Origin: Octopus vulgaris
Taxonomy: Eukaryota
DNA length: 64,000 bases
Assembly (NCBI GenBank): GCA_951406725.2
Contig: OX597833.1
Location: forward strand, 46,438,001-46,502,000
Direction of reading: 5' to 3'
Both the position numbers and the translations under genes were made by a program. The notes beneath the pieces were generated by a model. The model was not told where the DNA came from and ran no database searches. It worked only from the letters and a program-made list of their open reading frames with translations. Within the stretch, counting starts at the first letter, position 1; every line of letters starts with the position of its first letter. Of this stretch, positions 14,227-27,326 are shown piece after piece.

Positions 14227-15463
14227 CTATCTATCTATGTATCTCGCGGGTCAAAATATACTTTAAAACTCCAATCAGAAGACATGTACGCAGTCATACA
14301 TCTATACATGCATCTACCCATGAATACATATATACACCATCATCATCCTTCGATTGCACAACCAATCCCAACCAATCGGTATTCACAGTAGAGGTTGTAC
14401 TATTCATCCTTTCGATCGCTGAACACACAAAAAATGACTCGCGTGACCTTCGTTCGGGTGATTTTCCTGAGTCGTGTGGGCACCAATCCGACCCATTTTC
14501 AGATGAATGGATTAGAGTAGCGTTGACGGAAGTGTTTGGCTCATCGAAACCGTGACCTTGCGATTGTGAGAACAACGTCCTACCCATTAAGCCTCTCGCC
14601 TTCACATGCTAGTTAACCCATACCTGGGATCCTAACGGGTGCTACTACTCCGGGTTAGAATAGACCCGAGAACAATTGTGAATCAGAGGTGATTCCACAC
14701 TCCTTAAAATCCTGCGACTTCCGATCCAGGTTCCCACTACGGGATGCAGTTGAAAGTCATACACATACATACATACATACATACATACATACATACATAC
14801 AAACATACATACATACATACATACATACATACATACATACATACATACATACATACATACATACATACAGAGGCATTCATCTCGTCATACACACACATCC
14901 CAATAAATAATACATAACAATGGATAGTAAGAATTTATTACTGCTATATAAGCATTATTTCTATCTTTATCTTCAAGTAAACTTGAGTGAAGACGAGTAC
15001 CAACTAACTACTGGTGCAACCCTCTCCCATTCTCATGCTGCGTGTTCCACAGGGTCAAGGATGGGAAGACCAAGAGAGCGTCTGTCTGCTACGGAGGAGC
15101 TCAAAACAGAGCGAAATCACGTGATCTGCAGCTCCGACAGTCGTAGCAGCAGGTTCTTCTCTGTTAGCGATATAAATACTAGTACTTTTATGTACCACGA
15201 GTTCATTATAAGAGGTTTTCTGAAGGTAAACAACACTGTATTATGTGTTCTAATACAACATCCAATTGAGTTGGAGATAAAAATTGCTTTTCAGTTTAAT
15301 AGGCTTCTTTCGTTATGTGTGTGTGAGTGCACGTGTGTGAGGGCGCGCGTGTGTGTGTAATATGTATGTATGCATGTATGTATGTATGTATGTATGTATG
15401 TATGTATGTATGTATGTATGTATGTATGTGTGCATGCATGTATGTATATATGCACACTTACGT

Positions 15464-15497
<34 letters not shown>

Positions 15498-15516
15498 TTA
15501 CTACCTACAGAGGTAG

Positions 15517-15612
<96 letters not shown>

Positions 15613-15931
15613 TTATACACATACTTACATGCCTGCATGCGCGCACGCTTGCATGCCTTCATATTTATATATAAACATACATGCCTATAGTTGACTATGT
15701 TAGCAAATTTTTAAATGACACATTCGAAATCTAGTGTTTTTGCAAGCAATGAAACAGACCATCTAACAATCACTTAACAAATACAATATGTAAGCAATAC
15801 AAATGCGAAACTTTTCTAAAGTTCAACTTATAGCATTTATCCCTCCTAATTACCAGCAACGATGGTGTCTCAAGCGCGGGCGTGTTTCTTTGTTTGAAGC
15901 CAGTTTTTTCCTCATAAGAATCCAAAAAATA

Positions 15932-16150
15932 AGGCAGAACCGTTAGCACGCCGGGCGAAATGCGTAGCCGTATTTCGTCTGACGTTACGTTCTGAGTTCA
16001 AATCCCGCCGAGGTCAACTTTGCCTTCCATCCTTTCGGGGTCGATAAATTAAGTACCAGTTACGCACTGGGGTCGATGTAATCGACTTAATCCGTTTGTC
16101 TGTCCTTGTTTGTCCCCTCTATGTTTAGCCCCTTGTAGGTAATAAAGAAA
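15932..16150 (+). mobile_element. SINE family 1
   Basis: Full core and tail. CATAAGAATCC flanks both sides. Confidence 0.9.
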
Positions 16151-16286
16151 CACATAAGAATCCCAATAATTAAAAATCAAAGTCATACATACACACATAC
16201 ATACATACATACATACATACATACATACATACATACATACATACATAGACATTTGAACAGTGTTTCACTGTGATTGTTATTATATT

Positions 16287-16634
16287 CAGTCCCACTGCGT
16301 GGCACCTTCGGTGAGTGTCTTCTACAGTAGCCTCGGGCCGACCAAAGCCTTGTGAGTGGATTTGGTAGACGGAAACTGAAAGAAGCCCGTCGTATATATA
16401 TATGTGTGTGTGTGTGTATTTGTGTATATGTGTTTGTCCCCCAACATAGCCTGACAACCGATGCTTGTGTGTTTACGTCCCCGTAACTCAGCGGTTCGGC
16501 AAAAGAGACCGATAGAATAAGCGCTAGGCTTACAAAGAATAAGTCCTGGGATCGATTTGCTCGGCTAAAAGCGGTGCTCCAGCATGGCCACAGTCAAATG
16601 ACTGAAACAAGTAAAAGAGAGTAAAGAGTAAAGA
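16287..16634 (+). mobile_element. SINE family 2, 5' truncated
   Basis: Homology to 50795-51270. Confidence 0.9.
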
Positions 16635-16679
16635 GATATGGTAATATTTTCAGTGACCACTTTAAATCTTTTTTGTTGA

Positions 16680-17240
16680 AGATATCTGGAGGATTCATGA
16701 GCGACTCACTGAAAGACAAAAACAATAACTTTATTGCTTCTCGTGCACAATCTAGAAGAATATGCTAATAATGTTAGTCTTATTAAGAGTATTGCTCTAG
16801 GTATGACATTCTTAAAAGATACAGGGATGGAGCTTGGCCAGGATGAATATTCTAACAGACTGTAAAAAAGTGGGAAGAACTTCAACTTAATTTCAGAACC
16901 AACCACTGGTGTGATTATTTCTCCGATTTCTGTGGAGGAGTGTCGCAGATATATCGGAATGGATAGAAATATCATACGAAGGCATTTGTCACAAAAGATA
17001 CACGGATGGAACTTAGCCAGGGTGAATATTCCTAACAAACTGTAAAAAGTGGGAAGAACTTCAGTCTAGTTTCAGAACCAACCACTGGTGTAATTATTTC
17101 TCCGATTTCTGTGGAGGAGTGTCGCAGATATATCGGAATGGGTAGAAATATCATACGATGACATTTGTCACAAGGAATGCGTAAAAAGGGATTATTACAT
17201 CCGGATAAACAATATGTGAATCTCAGAGCTCTCTACATAC
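16680..17240 (+). pseudogene. Degenerate non-LTR RT fragment (possibly R4/Dong-like) with ~179-bp tandem duplication
   Basis: IISPISVEECRRYIGMD occurs twice, then KKDYYIRINNM*ISELS. Resembles YKYLG...KEYxxRxxxIxxSEL of R4-type RTs. Confidence 0.35.
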
Positions 17241-17599
17241 TAGAATTGATTTCACTTATATTTTTATTGCTTTGGTCTGGAGCAACAGGATGTTTGCATG
17301 GCCTTCGTCGTCCCCATGTCTAACAACCCAACCTCGAAGCGAGTGAGAACAACGAGATTAATAGCATTGTTGAACAACTGCTACTTGTTGGCTGCAGGAA
17401 AAAAATTCGGAAATTCCTGATGGATGACGTTCTGGAGAATAAGAACAGGACATGATCATTCGATTTATACTTAATATTTATTTATGGTAAAATTCTCATT
17501 AAATTTAATTCTAATCCTTTTCATATTATTTAATGGGAAGATGATAATGATATAATTGTGCTTAGCAGTATAATGATGATTTTAAAAAATGTTATTTTA

Positions 17600-17925
17600 A
17601 TGGCTCTCCGTCGGTTACGATGATGAGGGTTCAAGTTGATCCGATCAACGGAACAACCTGCTCATCAAATTAACATGCAAGTGGCTGAGTACTCCACGGA
17701 CACGTGTACCCTTAACCTAGTTCTCAGGGGTATTCAGCGTGAAACAGAGAGTAACAAGGCTGGTCCTTTTCAAATACAGATTCTACTCATTTTTGCCAGC
17801 TGAGTGAACTGGAGTAACATGAAATAAAGTGTCTCGCTCAAGGACACAACGCGTCGCCGGGAATTGAACTCACGATCTTACGATCGGGATTCGAAAACGC
17901 TAACCACTAAGCCACGCACCTTCAC
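17600..17925 (-). mobile_element. SINE family 3
   Basis: Head TGGCTTAGTGGTTAG...GAGTTCAATTCC. Core CCTTGAGCGAGACACTTTATTTCA. Confidence 0.85.
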
Positions 17926-18066
17926 TAATGAGAAATATTGTAATGATGATTATATATGATATAATTGTGCCTAGAATTGTAATGATAAATACAACATTAA
18001 CAGGGAAAAAATTGCTATTCATAAAGAGTAATGCAACAATAAATTGCAGCTTTAATATTGAACATT

Positions 18067-18150
18067 GGAGGCGAAATGGCCAGTGGTTAGGGCAGCGGAC
18101 TCGTGGTCGGAGAATCGCGGTTTCGATTCCCAGACCGGGCGTTGTGTGCG
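18067..18150 (+). mobile_element. SINE family 4 head (tRNA-Arg-like), truncated
   Basis: Homologous to 23355 and 50502. Confidence 0.8.
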
Positions 18151-20013
18151 TTCTATTCCTATGCAGATAAGCATAGGTCCGCTGTCTCACCCGTCGATTC
18201 ACTGATCGGTGATAACGGTATTTTCCAACATGGTACTAAAAGAAATGGCAGAAGTACTGCAAAAACCATACTGCTCTGTCTTTAGTGATCTCACTGATAC
18301 TGACCTAAGGGATGTGAATGAAGTTGATTCTCAACATATAATCGTGGACATAACCTTTACTGCTTCAGATATCATAGCAGCAATAAATGACATCAAATAC
18401 TATTCTGCTGTAAGCTCTGATAGATTCCCCGCTAGTTTCCTGGTAGAATGTAGACACCAATTTGTAGTCCCTATATCCGACCTCTTGAGAAATTCTTAAA
18501 ACTCAGGTTATATACCGAAACAGCTCTTATCCCAGTTTGTCATCCCGGTTTTCAAACAGAGAAACAGATCCTTCGCAGACAACTATCGCCCAATTTCACT
18601 CACTTCCCATATCATTAAAGTGTTTGAAAGGTTGGTGAGATCAAGGATAGCTTCCTGGAGAGCTACAATCTCCTAAATTAAAACCAGTAGGGGTTTCGCT
18701 GCGGCAAAGACTGTCTAACACAGCTCTTACACCACATCGATGATCTCGTTAAAGCCTTGGGATCAGGTTCGAACTCTGTTGTTATATATCTTGACAAAAG
18801 CGTTCGACAGAATCGGTCACAATGTCCTACTGTTGGAATTGTCAAATGCTGGAATCCGTGGAACACTACTACACTGGACTGAATATTTCCTGGAGAACAA
18901 AACACAAGTGATCGATGTGGTCCATTCAAGCCCAGTGGAAGCCACCGGTGGTGTCCCTCGGGAGATTGTCTTGGGCCCGCTCTTCTTTAGAGTCTATATA
19001 TACGAACTTTCCAGCGTCATAGAGCACAGCAGGGTGAGAATGTTCGTTGATGATTCCAAGTTCCAGAAAATTATCAATGGAGAAGACAGAATTGAACTCC
19101 AGTCTGATCTACATGCTGTGAGTCAATGGCCAGACAAAAACAAAATGCAACTAAACGAGAAAAAATTTGAGCTGATGTATTTTGGAAGAAAGAATATACT
19201 AAAACAGCCATACTCTCTTCCTTCAGGGGAGCCACTCACAGCAACTAATAATATCAGAGACCACGGAGTAATTGTTGACAGCAATCTCAGCTAGGATGCC
19301 CACATCAACAATAAGGTCGATATAGCTCGTAGGATGAACTCCTAGATCCTAAGAACCTTCCAGTCCAGGGAACAAGGTGTCATCATTCCTCTTTTCTCCT
19401 CTTTGTACGGCCACATCTCGAATACTGCTGCTCCCTGTGGTCTCCCCATACAAAACAAAATATTTCAAAAATTGAATCACCCTAGAGAGCATTTACTAAA
19501 AGAATTAAGGGCATGACTGATCTCGATTATTGGGACCACCTTAAAGCATTGAAACTTTATTCTCTCCAGCGCTGCCGTGAGCGATACATCATTTGTACGA
19601 TGTGGAGAATATACCACTAGCATTGCCCAAACGGCCGCAACATTAGCTTCAAAATTCATCCAAGGCTAGGACCACGGGCCATACATCCCCTACCCAATTC
19701 AGGATCACAGCACATAAATACACTGCAACACAGTTTCTTTTCCTCAACAAGCCCTGCCCGATTTAACATTGTTCCGAAACAGATCAAAGAAGAAAAGGAT
19801 CCGATCACCTTTAAACGGAATCTGGACAGATTTCTTCAAGGAATACCGGATAAGCCACCTATTCTGGATACAACACACTCAACAACAACTCCCTATTCTA
19901 AAGGACCATGAAACCATAAAACTTGACTTTAAAAGGATTTAGCTAATCCTATCAGGTGGTGCTATTAAGTTAGGCATGGCCTGGACCAATCTTTGGTCGA
20001 AACATATCTAAGT
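18150..20013 (+). pseudogene. CR1-clade LINE ORF2 (RT) and 3' UTR, 5' truncated, many stops and frameshifts
   Basis: NYRPISLTSHIIKVFER, Q*GFR, KAFDRIGH, GVPREIVLGPLFF, MFVDDSK, IRDHGVIVDSNLS, VRPHLEYCCSLWSP, LYSLQRCRER. Confidence 0.92.
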
Positions 20014-20015
20014 CT

Positions 20016-20190
20016 CTGCCGCTACGTTCTGAGTTCAAATTCCGCCGAGGTCAATTTTGCCTTTCATCCTTTGGGGGTCGATTAAATAAGTACCAGTTAC
20101 GCACTGGGTTCGATGTAATCGACTTAATCCCTTTGTCTGTCCTTGTTTGTCTCCTCTGTGTTTATCCCCCTGTGGGTAGTAAAGAAATAA
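20016..20190 (+). mobile_element. 5'-truncated SINE family 1 inserted in the CR1 tail
   Basis: 15-bp TSD GAAACATATCTAAGT at 19999-20013 and 20191-20205. Confidence 0.9.
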
Positions 20191-20214
20191 GAAACATATC
20201 TAAGTTATCTAAGT

Positions 20215-20267
<53 letters not shown>

Positions 20268-20784
20268 ATATATACAAAAATGTATTCTTCCGCACTTTTA
20301 TTACAGTCACACAATATATTTGCATACTGATTTGAATGCAGGAGATTTAATGTGTGATCAGAATAAATTCCGCTATTCAAGCGCGTAAATAAATACAAAA
20401 CACACACGCGCACACATACATGCTCAATCGGTCATATAAGTGTGTGTGCGCGCGCACGAACGTGCATATATGTGTATGTCTGTATGAGTGTGTATGTGGC
20501 CGCGGATATACATATATATGGAAAAAATTGAGTTGAGTATCTTATTTTTTGTGCGTATGCATGTATGTGTATATATGTATACACAGACATGTATATAAAA
20601 AAACAACACTTAGAAGCGCTCAAATTGTTTGAACTTACTCTCCGAAAACCTTTACCGAGGATCAAGTTCTGAAAAGAATTTTGAGTGTAAGTTCAAATCA
20701 TTTGAACGCTTCTAAGTATTTTCTATATTGAGAATCTTTGGATCTTATCTGTTCATTTTACACACAAACACACACATATATGTT

Positions 20785-20816
<32 letters not shown>

Positions 20817-20846
20817 TGTATGTATGTATGTATGTATGTATATATA

Positions 20847-21079
20847 CTCTTTACTCTTTTACTTGTTTCAGCCATTTGACTGCGGCCATGCTGGAGCACC
20901 GCCTTTAGTCGAGCAAATCGACCCCGGGACTTTTTCTTTGTAAGCCCAGTACTTATTCTATCGGTCTCTTTTGCCGAACCGCTAAGTGACGGGGACGTAA
21001 ACACACCGGCATCGGTTGTCAAGCAATGCTAGGGGGACAAACACAGACACACAAACATATACACACACACACATATATA

Positions 21080-21120
<41 letters not shown>

Positions 21121-21276
21121 GACAGGCTTCTTTCAGTTTCCGTCTACCAAATCCACTCACAAGGCATTGGTCGGCCCGGGGCTATAGCAGAAGATATTTG
21201 CCCAAGATGCCACGCAGTGGGACTGAACCCGGAACCATGTGGTTGGTAAGCAAGCTACTTACCACACAGCCACTCC
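20847..21276 (-). mobile_element. SINE family 2, full length
   Basis: Near-identical to 54633-55043. Confidence 0.92.
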
Positions 21277-21278
21277 TC

Positions 21279-21405
<127 letters not shown>

Positions 21406-21647
21406 GAACAAACAACATACATTTCGTGAGGGAAATTGCGCAAATAAGCCTACAAATGGCTGTATATTTATGTAACGTGCATGCACACATGAAGGGCAGA
21501 AATGGGGGCAGAAATACATTTATATGCATCAATATGTAGACGCGCCCTTCCTATTTTTTCTTTTTTTTTTTTTTTTCTTTGAAGTATATACATATTTACA
21601 GATAAAGAAAAACACACGCATAGTAGTTACTTAGAAATTCACACAAG

Positions 21648-21706
<59 letters not shown>

Positions 21707-21889
21707 GCATATAAATACCTTTGTTCTATTTCTCATTTGCTCATTAAATTTCGGAAGTATAAAATATCTCGTACGATATTCCGTTAAGTACCGAAGGGTA
21801 TTGTCAACATCACGTGTTAGCAGATTATATATATCTGCATATATTATATGTTTGTGCATGTGTGCGTAGGGGCTAATGTATGCGTGTGA

Positions 21890-21942
<53 letters not shown>

Positions 21943-22195
21943 CAAATATATATATATATTTATGTGTGTATGGGTGTGTGTTTATATATATTTATATATA
22001 TATATGTGTGTGTGTGTATGTATATATGTATGTATGTGTGTGCGTATATATATATATATAGAGAGAGGGAGAGGTGAATACAAAACCCGGATACTAATGG
22101 TGGAAACCATGTTGACAAAGTTATTCATTAATGTAGATGAAAAGAATATTGAAAATATGCATTTCCGCCAATATATGCAGTATTTACGGTCATCC

Positions 22196-22950
22196 TGTGT
22201 GTGTGTTTATGTGTGTGTGTGTGTGTGTGTGTGCGTGTGTGTGTGTGTGCGTGTGTTTGTATTTGTGTGTGTGTGCTTGTGTGTATTTGTACGTGAGTTT
22301 GTGTGTGTGTGTGTGTGCGTCTGTGTGTGCGTTTGTGTGTGTATCTACGTGTGTGTGTATTTGTGTGTATGTGTTTGTGTGTTTGTGCGTGTATGTGTGT
22401 GTGTTTGTGTGTGTGTTTGTGTGTGTATTTGTGTGTGTATTTGTCTGTGCGTGCGTGTGTGCGTGTAATTACATAATATTAAATAGAGTATATGCATATA
22501 TATATGTGTGTGTGCGTGTGTTTGTGTTTGTGTGTGTGTTTGTGTTTGTGTGTGAATTTGTGTGTGCGTGCGTGTGTGTGTGTGTAATTACATAATGTTA
22601 AATAGAGTATATGCATACATATGTATGTGTGCGTGTGTGTGTGTGTGTGCGTGTGTGTGTGTATTTGTGTGTGTGCGTGTGTGAGTGTAATTACATAATA
22701 TTAAATAAAGTATATACATACATGTGTGTGTGCGTATGTGTGCTTGTGTGTGTGTGTGTTTGTGTGTGTATTTGTGTGTGCGTGCGTGTGTGTGTGTAAT
22801 TACATAATATTAAATAGAGTATATGCATACATATGTGTGTGTTTGTGCGTGTACGTGTGTGTGTGTATTTGTGTGTGTGCGTGTGTGTGTGTAATTACAT
22901 AATATCAAATAAAGTATATATACATACATATGTGTGTGTGCGCGCGCGCG
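22196..22950. repeat. Compound minisatellite: (TG)n tracts punctuated five times by TAATTACATAATATTAAATAGAGTATATGCATA
   Basis: Motif at ~22466, 22585, 22688, 22797, 22892. Confidence 0.85.
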
Positions 22951-23047
22951 CAATATCTAATAAAGCAATCTACAGAAAATAAAGGCATTTTCGAATGCAG
23001 GATGGCTGTAAAGACAGCTCAGAAAGTTGAATAAATACCATTTACAA

Positions 23048-23700
23048 CAGTGGTTCTGAACCGGGGTCCATATTGCCTCTGAAGTTCCATATATAAGATT
23101 TTGCAGATTTCACGCAACAAAATAGTCAATTGAGGATCCACAATTAAGGGTCCCGCGAAAGATGTTGCTTGAGATGTACGTATTGGTATGTATTGCAAGA
23201 AATGGGTAGGTTTCTTTCTCTGACATTTTACGTAGTTCAACCTACACAAGTTAATGTGTGAAAAGTAAAATAGTTTTGAAAAAAGCTTCCATAAAACTAG
23301 TGGAATGGCTATGGGGATTCACCAGAATGAAAAAGTAATCAAAGGGGTCCAGGTGGAGGCACATGGCCTAGTGGTTAGAGCAGCGGACTCGCGGTCGAGG
23401 GATCGCGGGTTCGAATCTCAGACCGGGCGATGTGTGTGTTTATGAGCGAAAACACCTACGCTCCACGCGGCTCCGGTAGAAGGTAATGGCGAACTTCTGC
23501 TGACTCTTTCGCCACAACTTTCTCTCACTCTTTCCTCCTGCATCTTGCAGCTCACCTGCGACGGACTGGCGTCCCATCCAGGTGGGGAACCTATACGCCA
23601 AGGAAACCGGGAAACCGGCCCTTATGAGCCAGGCATGGCTCGAGAAGGAACAAACAACAAAAAATGGGGTCCAGGGTTAAAAAATGGTTGAGTTCCACTG
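23048..23700. mobile_element. hAT-like MITE interrupted by a SINE
   Basis: TIRs CAGTGGTTCTGAACC / GGTTGAGTTCCACTG. Confidence 0.65.
23355..23660 (+). mobile_element. SINE family 4, full length
   Basis: TGGCCTAGTGG A box, GGTTCGAATC B box. GGGGTCCAGG duplicated on both sides. Confidence 0.9.
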
Positions 23701-24358
23701 CTTTGGTAAAAAAAAAATGGCCAGTAAGCATCCACAAAGAATCGAACCCTGCATCGCTTAAATTCCGGTACGGAAATTAGTTGCTGCAGTTCACTGAAGC
23801 TACCGGATGTGTTGTATATGTAACCAGGCTGGCTGCTTATTTTTCAGTTTGGTCAAATGATGTAAACACCTTTGAAAATCGAATTAGGCTGGTCGCCATT
23901 ATTTTCAGTCAACGGAGAAATAGTGAAATTTTGTTTGCAATCAACAGAGTAGATAAGTTTTCCAAGTTTGTATATTTTCTGTGATTGCTTACAGATAAAA
24001 AATTTGAAACAGTGCCACAGGGAAAGGCTGGATAAACTCGACTATACTACCTGGAGCGAAAGCGCGACAGATATGTAATAATGGAAAATTCTATAAGGGC
24101 TAGTACTTAATTTCGGCATTGAGTGTTTATACAAATGCCCGAACTGGGCGCCGTTGTATTTCTATCAACGGTACTGTCCATTCCGTCTAAATTCAGGACC
24201 CGGTACTGCGTCTACATATTGATGCATATAAATATATTTATGTCCCTATTTCTGCCCTTCATGTGTACATGCACATTACATAAATATACAGCCATTTGTA
24301 GGCTCATTTGCGCAATTTCCCTCACGATATGTATGTTGTTTGTTCGTGTATATATATA

Positions 24359-24744
24359 TCTCTCTATATATAAACGGCAGTTTGTCTGTGCGTGTTTCTG
24401 TGTGTCTGTTTGCTTGTACCCTCACCCTGACCACGGCTTTCAACCGATTCTGATGAAACTTGACACACACATAGCCCAATGTCATAATTCAAAACTAACG
24501 GAGCGAAAATTTTGAAAAGTTCCCCCAGTTCTGAAAAAAATCGATAAATTCGACATGGGGTCGAGAATCAGGAATACGAACCACAAATTGTCTAGGGGAC
24601 GCAACTCTACCTTTTTTAAATCTCAAAAAAAAATTTACCATCATTTCTTTCCATTTTTTTTGCTATTTTTTGGCTATAACTCTCTAAAAATGCTTTATAG
24701 TTATTTCCCTTACAAACCTGAGCAACGCCGGGCGATACTGCTAG
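24359..24744 (+). mobile_element. Non-autonomous Helitron
   Basis: A|TC start, subterminal CCTGAGCAACGCCGGG hairpin, CTAG|T end, no TSD. Confidence 0.85.
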
Positions 24745-24766
24745 TATATATATAAACTTAGAAAAA

Positions 24767-25058
24767 CTTAGATATGTTTCGACCAAAGATTGGTCCAGGC
24801 CATGTCTAACTTAATAGCACCACCTGATAGGATTATTCGAATCCTGTTTAAGTCAAGTTTTGTTTAAGTCAAGTTTTGTTCAAGTAGTGAGTTCTTGTTG
24901 GGTGAGTTGTATCCAGTTTTGTTCAAGTAGTGAGTTCTTGTTGGGTGAGTTGTATCCAATTATGGGTGGCTTATCTGGTATTCTTTGAAGGAATCTATCC
25001 AGACTCTGTTTAAAGTTGATGGGATCCTTTTCCTCTTTGATCTCCCTCGGGACAATGT
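24767..25058 (-). mobile_element. 3' end of the same CR1 family as 18150-20013, with two short tandem duplications
   Basis: NIVPREIKEEKDPINFKQSLDRFLQRIPDKP and near-identical 3' UTR. Confidence 0.9.
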
Positions 25059-25218
25059 TATATATATATATAGATATATATAAACTTACTTGGAGAAGCG
25101 AAACGAAGAGAAACGACGCGTGCGTTCGATCATATAATAACAATATAATAAATACATAAAATATATGCATATATACATACATATATGTACATACTTACAT
25201 CTACATGTATATATACAA

Positions 25219-25259
<41 letters not shown>

Positions 25260-25402
25260 AGTACAGGACACCACAAATAAACGTAGAACACGAGAAACGA
25301 AAACAAAATCAAACAAGGAATGCTTGTATATATACATGTAGATGTAAGTATTTACATATATGTATGTATATATGCATATATTTTATTTATTTATTATATT
25401 GT

Positions 25403-25433
<31 letters not shown>

Positions 25434-25649
25434 GCAATAATAATTCTCTAAATGAGATATAGACAGTAACTGCTCCATAACATAAGGGACTAAAGCCATC
25501 TGAATATGGCTAGGGACAGGGCAGGGTGGTAGGGGTGTTACTGTTGCATTTAGCCCCAGGCGAACATCAACGTCGCCAGATAGGCTTGACACCATCACGG
25601 CGTCCTCTATCCTGCAAAGGGAGATAATTCACCGATGAAGCGGAAACCA

Positions 25650-25694
25650 CACACGGACCTAGGTTTCAAGGTGTTTGCCTATTATCAACGTATG
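25650..25694 (-). ncRNA. Type I HHR (U3-A8 core)
   Basis: CATACG-TTGATAA-T-AGG-caaaca-CCT-T-GAAAC-CTAG-GTC-CGTGTG. Confidence 0.8.
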
Positions 25695-26066
25695 GTAGGC
25701 ACCGCTTCCTCGACGAACAACTCACTCTGCAGGATATTTATATATAGATTTTCAAGCAAAATACATTTGCTGATTTCGAAAATCTGTTCGACAGCAATAA
25801 TAATTCTCTAAATGAGATATAGACAGTAACTGCTCCATAACATAAGGGACTAAAGCCATCTGAATATGGCTAGGGACAGGGCAGGGTGGTGGGGGTGTTA
25901 CTGTTGCATTTAGCCCCAGGCGAACATCAACGTCGCCAGATAGGCTTGACACCATCACGGCGTCCTCTATCCTGCAAAGGGAGATAATTCCCCGATGATT
26001 TTGCTTGAAAATCTATATATAAATATCCTGCAGAGTGAGTTATTCGTCGAGGAAGCGGTTGCCTAC

Positions 26067-26111
26067 CATACGTTGATAATAGGCAAACACCTTGAAACCT
26101 AGGTCCGTGTG
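26067..26111 (+). ncRNA. Type I HHR (U3-A8 core), predicted cleavage after 26105
   Basis: Same motif as 25650-25694. Palindromic loop III (CTAG). Confidence 0.8.
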
Positions 26112-26474
26112 TGGTTTCCGCTTCATCGGGGAATTATCTCCCTTTGCAGGATAGAGGACGCCGTGATGGTGTCAAGCCTATCTGGCGACGTTGATGTTCG
26201 CCTGGGGCTAAATGCAACAGTAACACCCCAACCACCCTGCCCTGTCCCTAGCCATATTCAGATGGCTTTAATCCCTTATGTTATATATATATATACATAT
26301 ATATATATGGTTACTGGCGCCCCAGGCAAGCTGAACTTTGGCGTGTACAAGCTGACGGTCGTGGAAATGTCCTTGTTTTTGTCACGCCCTCCTTGTCACC
26401 CTCTAGTACATGGCGCCCCGGGCGACTGCCCGAGTTGCCGGTACCTTGAGCTGGCTCTGGGTACTGCATTAGCT

Positions 26475-26760
26475 TAAGGTTCAAAGGCCCACAGCTCTTC
26501 GATGCCCTACCACAAAAAAATTATGAAAGTTAACAATGTGGACGTTGATGTCTTCAAATAGGAACTGGACATTCTTCTCTCAACAATACCAGATGAACCG
26601 ATGGCCCGGCATAAAGTACAGAGCAGCGGTGTCAAACTTCTTCGTTGCACTATACGGGCCAACGGCCGGGACAATGGTATGTACAGGAGTGGTGATGTGA
26701 AATCCCACCACCCTGGGGAAACAGCCGAAGGGAAATCATATGTAACGGTAAAAAAATTAT
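26475..26760 (+). mobile_element. Degenerate CR1-like LINE 3' end
   Basis: GPQLFDALPQKIMKVNNVDVDVFK*ELDILLSTIPDEP. Confidence 0.7.
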
Positions 26761-26826
26761 TACGTGCTCCAGTATCACCGCAGGTGCATAACTGAATCGA
26801 ATAAAAGATTACACACGCACACACAT

Positions 26827-26859
<33 letters not shown>

Positions 26860-26863
26860 CGTA

Positions 26864-26912
<49 letters not shown>

Positions 26913-26924
26913 TCCGTTATTCTG

Positions 26925-27230
26925 TGGCTTAGTGGTTATGGTAGTCAGCTCACAATCGTAAAGTTGTGTGTTCAATTCCTGACGACGCGTTGTATTTTTG
27001 AGCAAGACACTTTATTTCACCTAGCTCCAGTCCACTCAGATGGCAAAAATGAGTAATAGCTGCATTTCAAAGAGCCAGCCTTGTCATATTCTGTGTCACA
27101 TCGAATCTTCCTAAGAATTATATTATGGGTAAACGTGTCTGTGGAGTGCTCAGCCACTTACACGTTAATTTGACCAGCAGCCTGTTAAGTTCATTGGATC
27201 AGCTTGAACTCTCGTCGTCGTAACTAACAG
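26925..27230 (+). mobile_element. SINE family 3
   Basis: Homologous to 17600-17925, including the tail. Confidence 0.85.
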
Positions 27231-27261
27231 TGTGTACGAATATATATGTATGCAAGTAGAC

Positions 27262-27326
<65 letters not shown>

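Larger units (their letters stand above)
25433..26283. mobile_element. Retrozyme-like element: 360-nt monomer, ~1.6 units on minus (25433-25997) fused to an inverted ~0.8 unit on plus (25998-26283), within (TA)n
   Basis: Exact 360-bp periodicity (25441 = 25801). HHR in each complete segment. Homologues at 38199 and 40322. Confidence 0.85.

Noticed and set aside
18740-19294. 184-aa RT ORF as a functional gene
   Set aside because: It is a fragment between stops and frameshifts, with degenerate motifs (VPRE, FVDD) in a dead CR1 copy.
19985-20003. GACCAA-tct-TTGGTC-GAAAC
   Set aside because: No CUGANGA box upstream. It is the CR1 3' terminal hairpin.
22466-22930. CRISPR-like repeat/spacer appearance
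   Set aside because: Spacers are (TG)n, there are no cas genes, and the context is eukaryotic.
23355-23427. tRNA-Arg-like sequence
   Set aside because: It continues into a SINE body with multiple dispersed copies, so it is a SINE head rather than a tRNA gene.
24450-24467. CTGATGAAAC inside the Helitron
   Set aside because: No stem II between the boxes. It is part of the usual CCGATT..ATGAAA Helitron internal motif.
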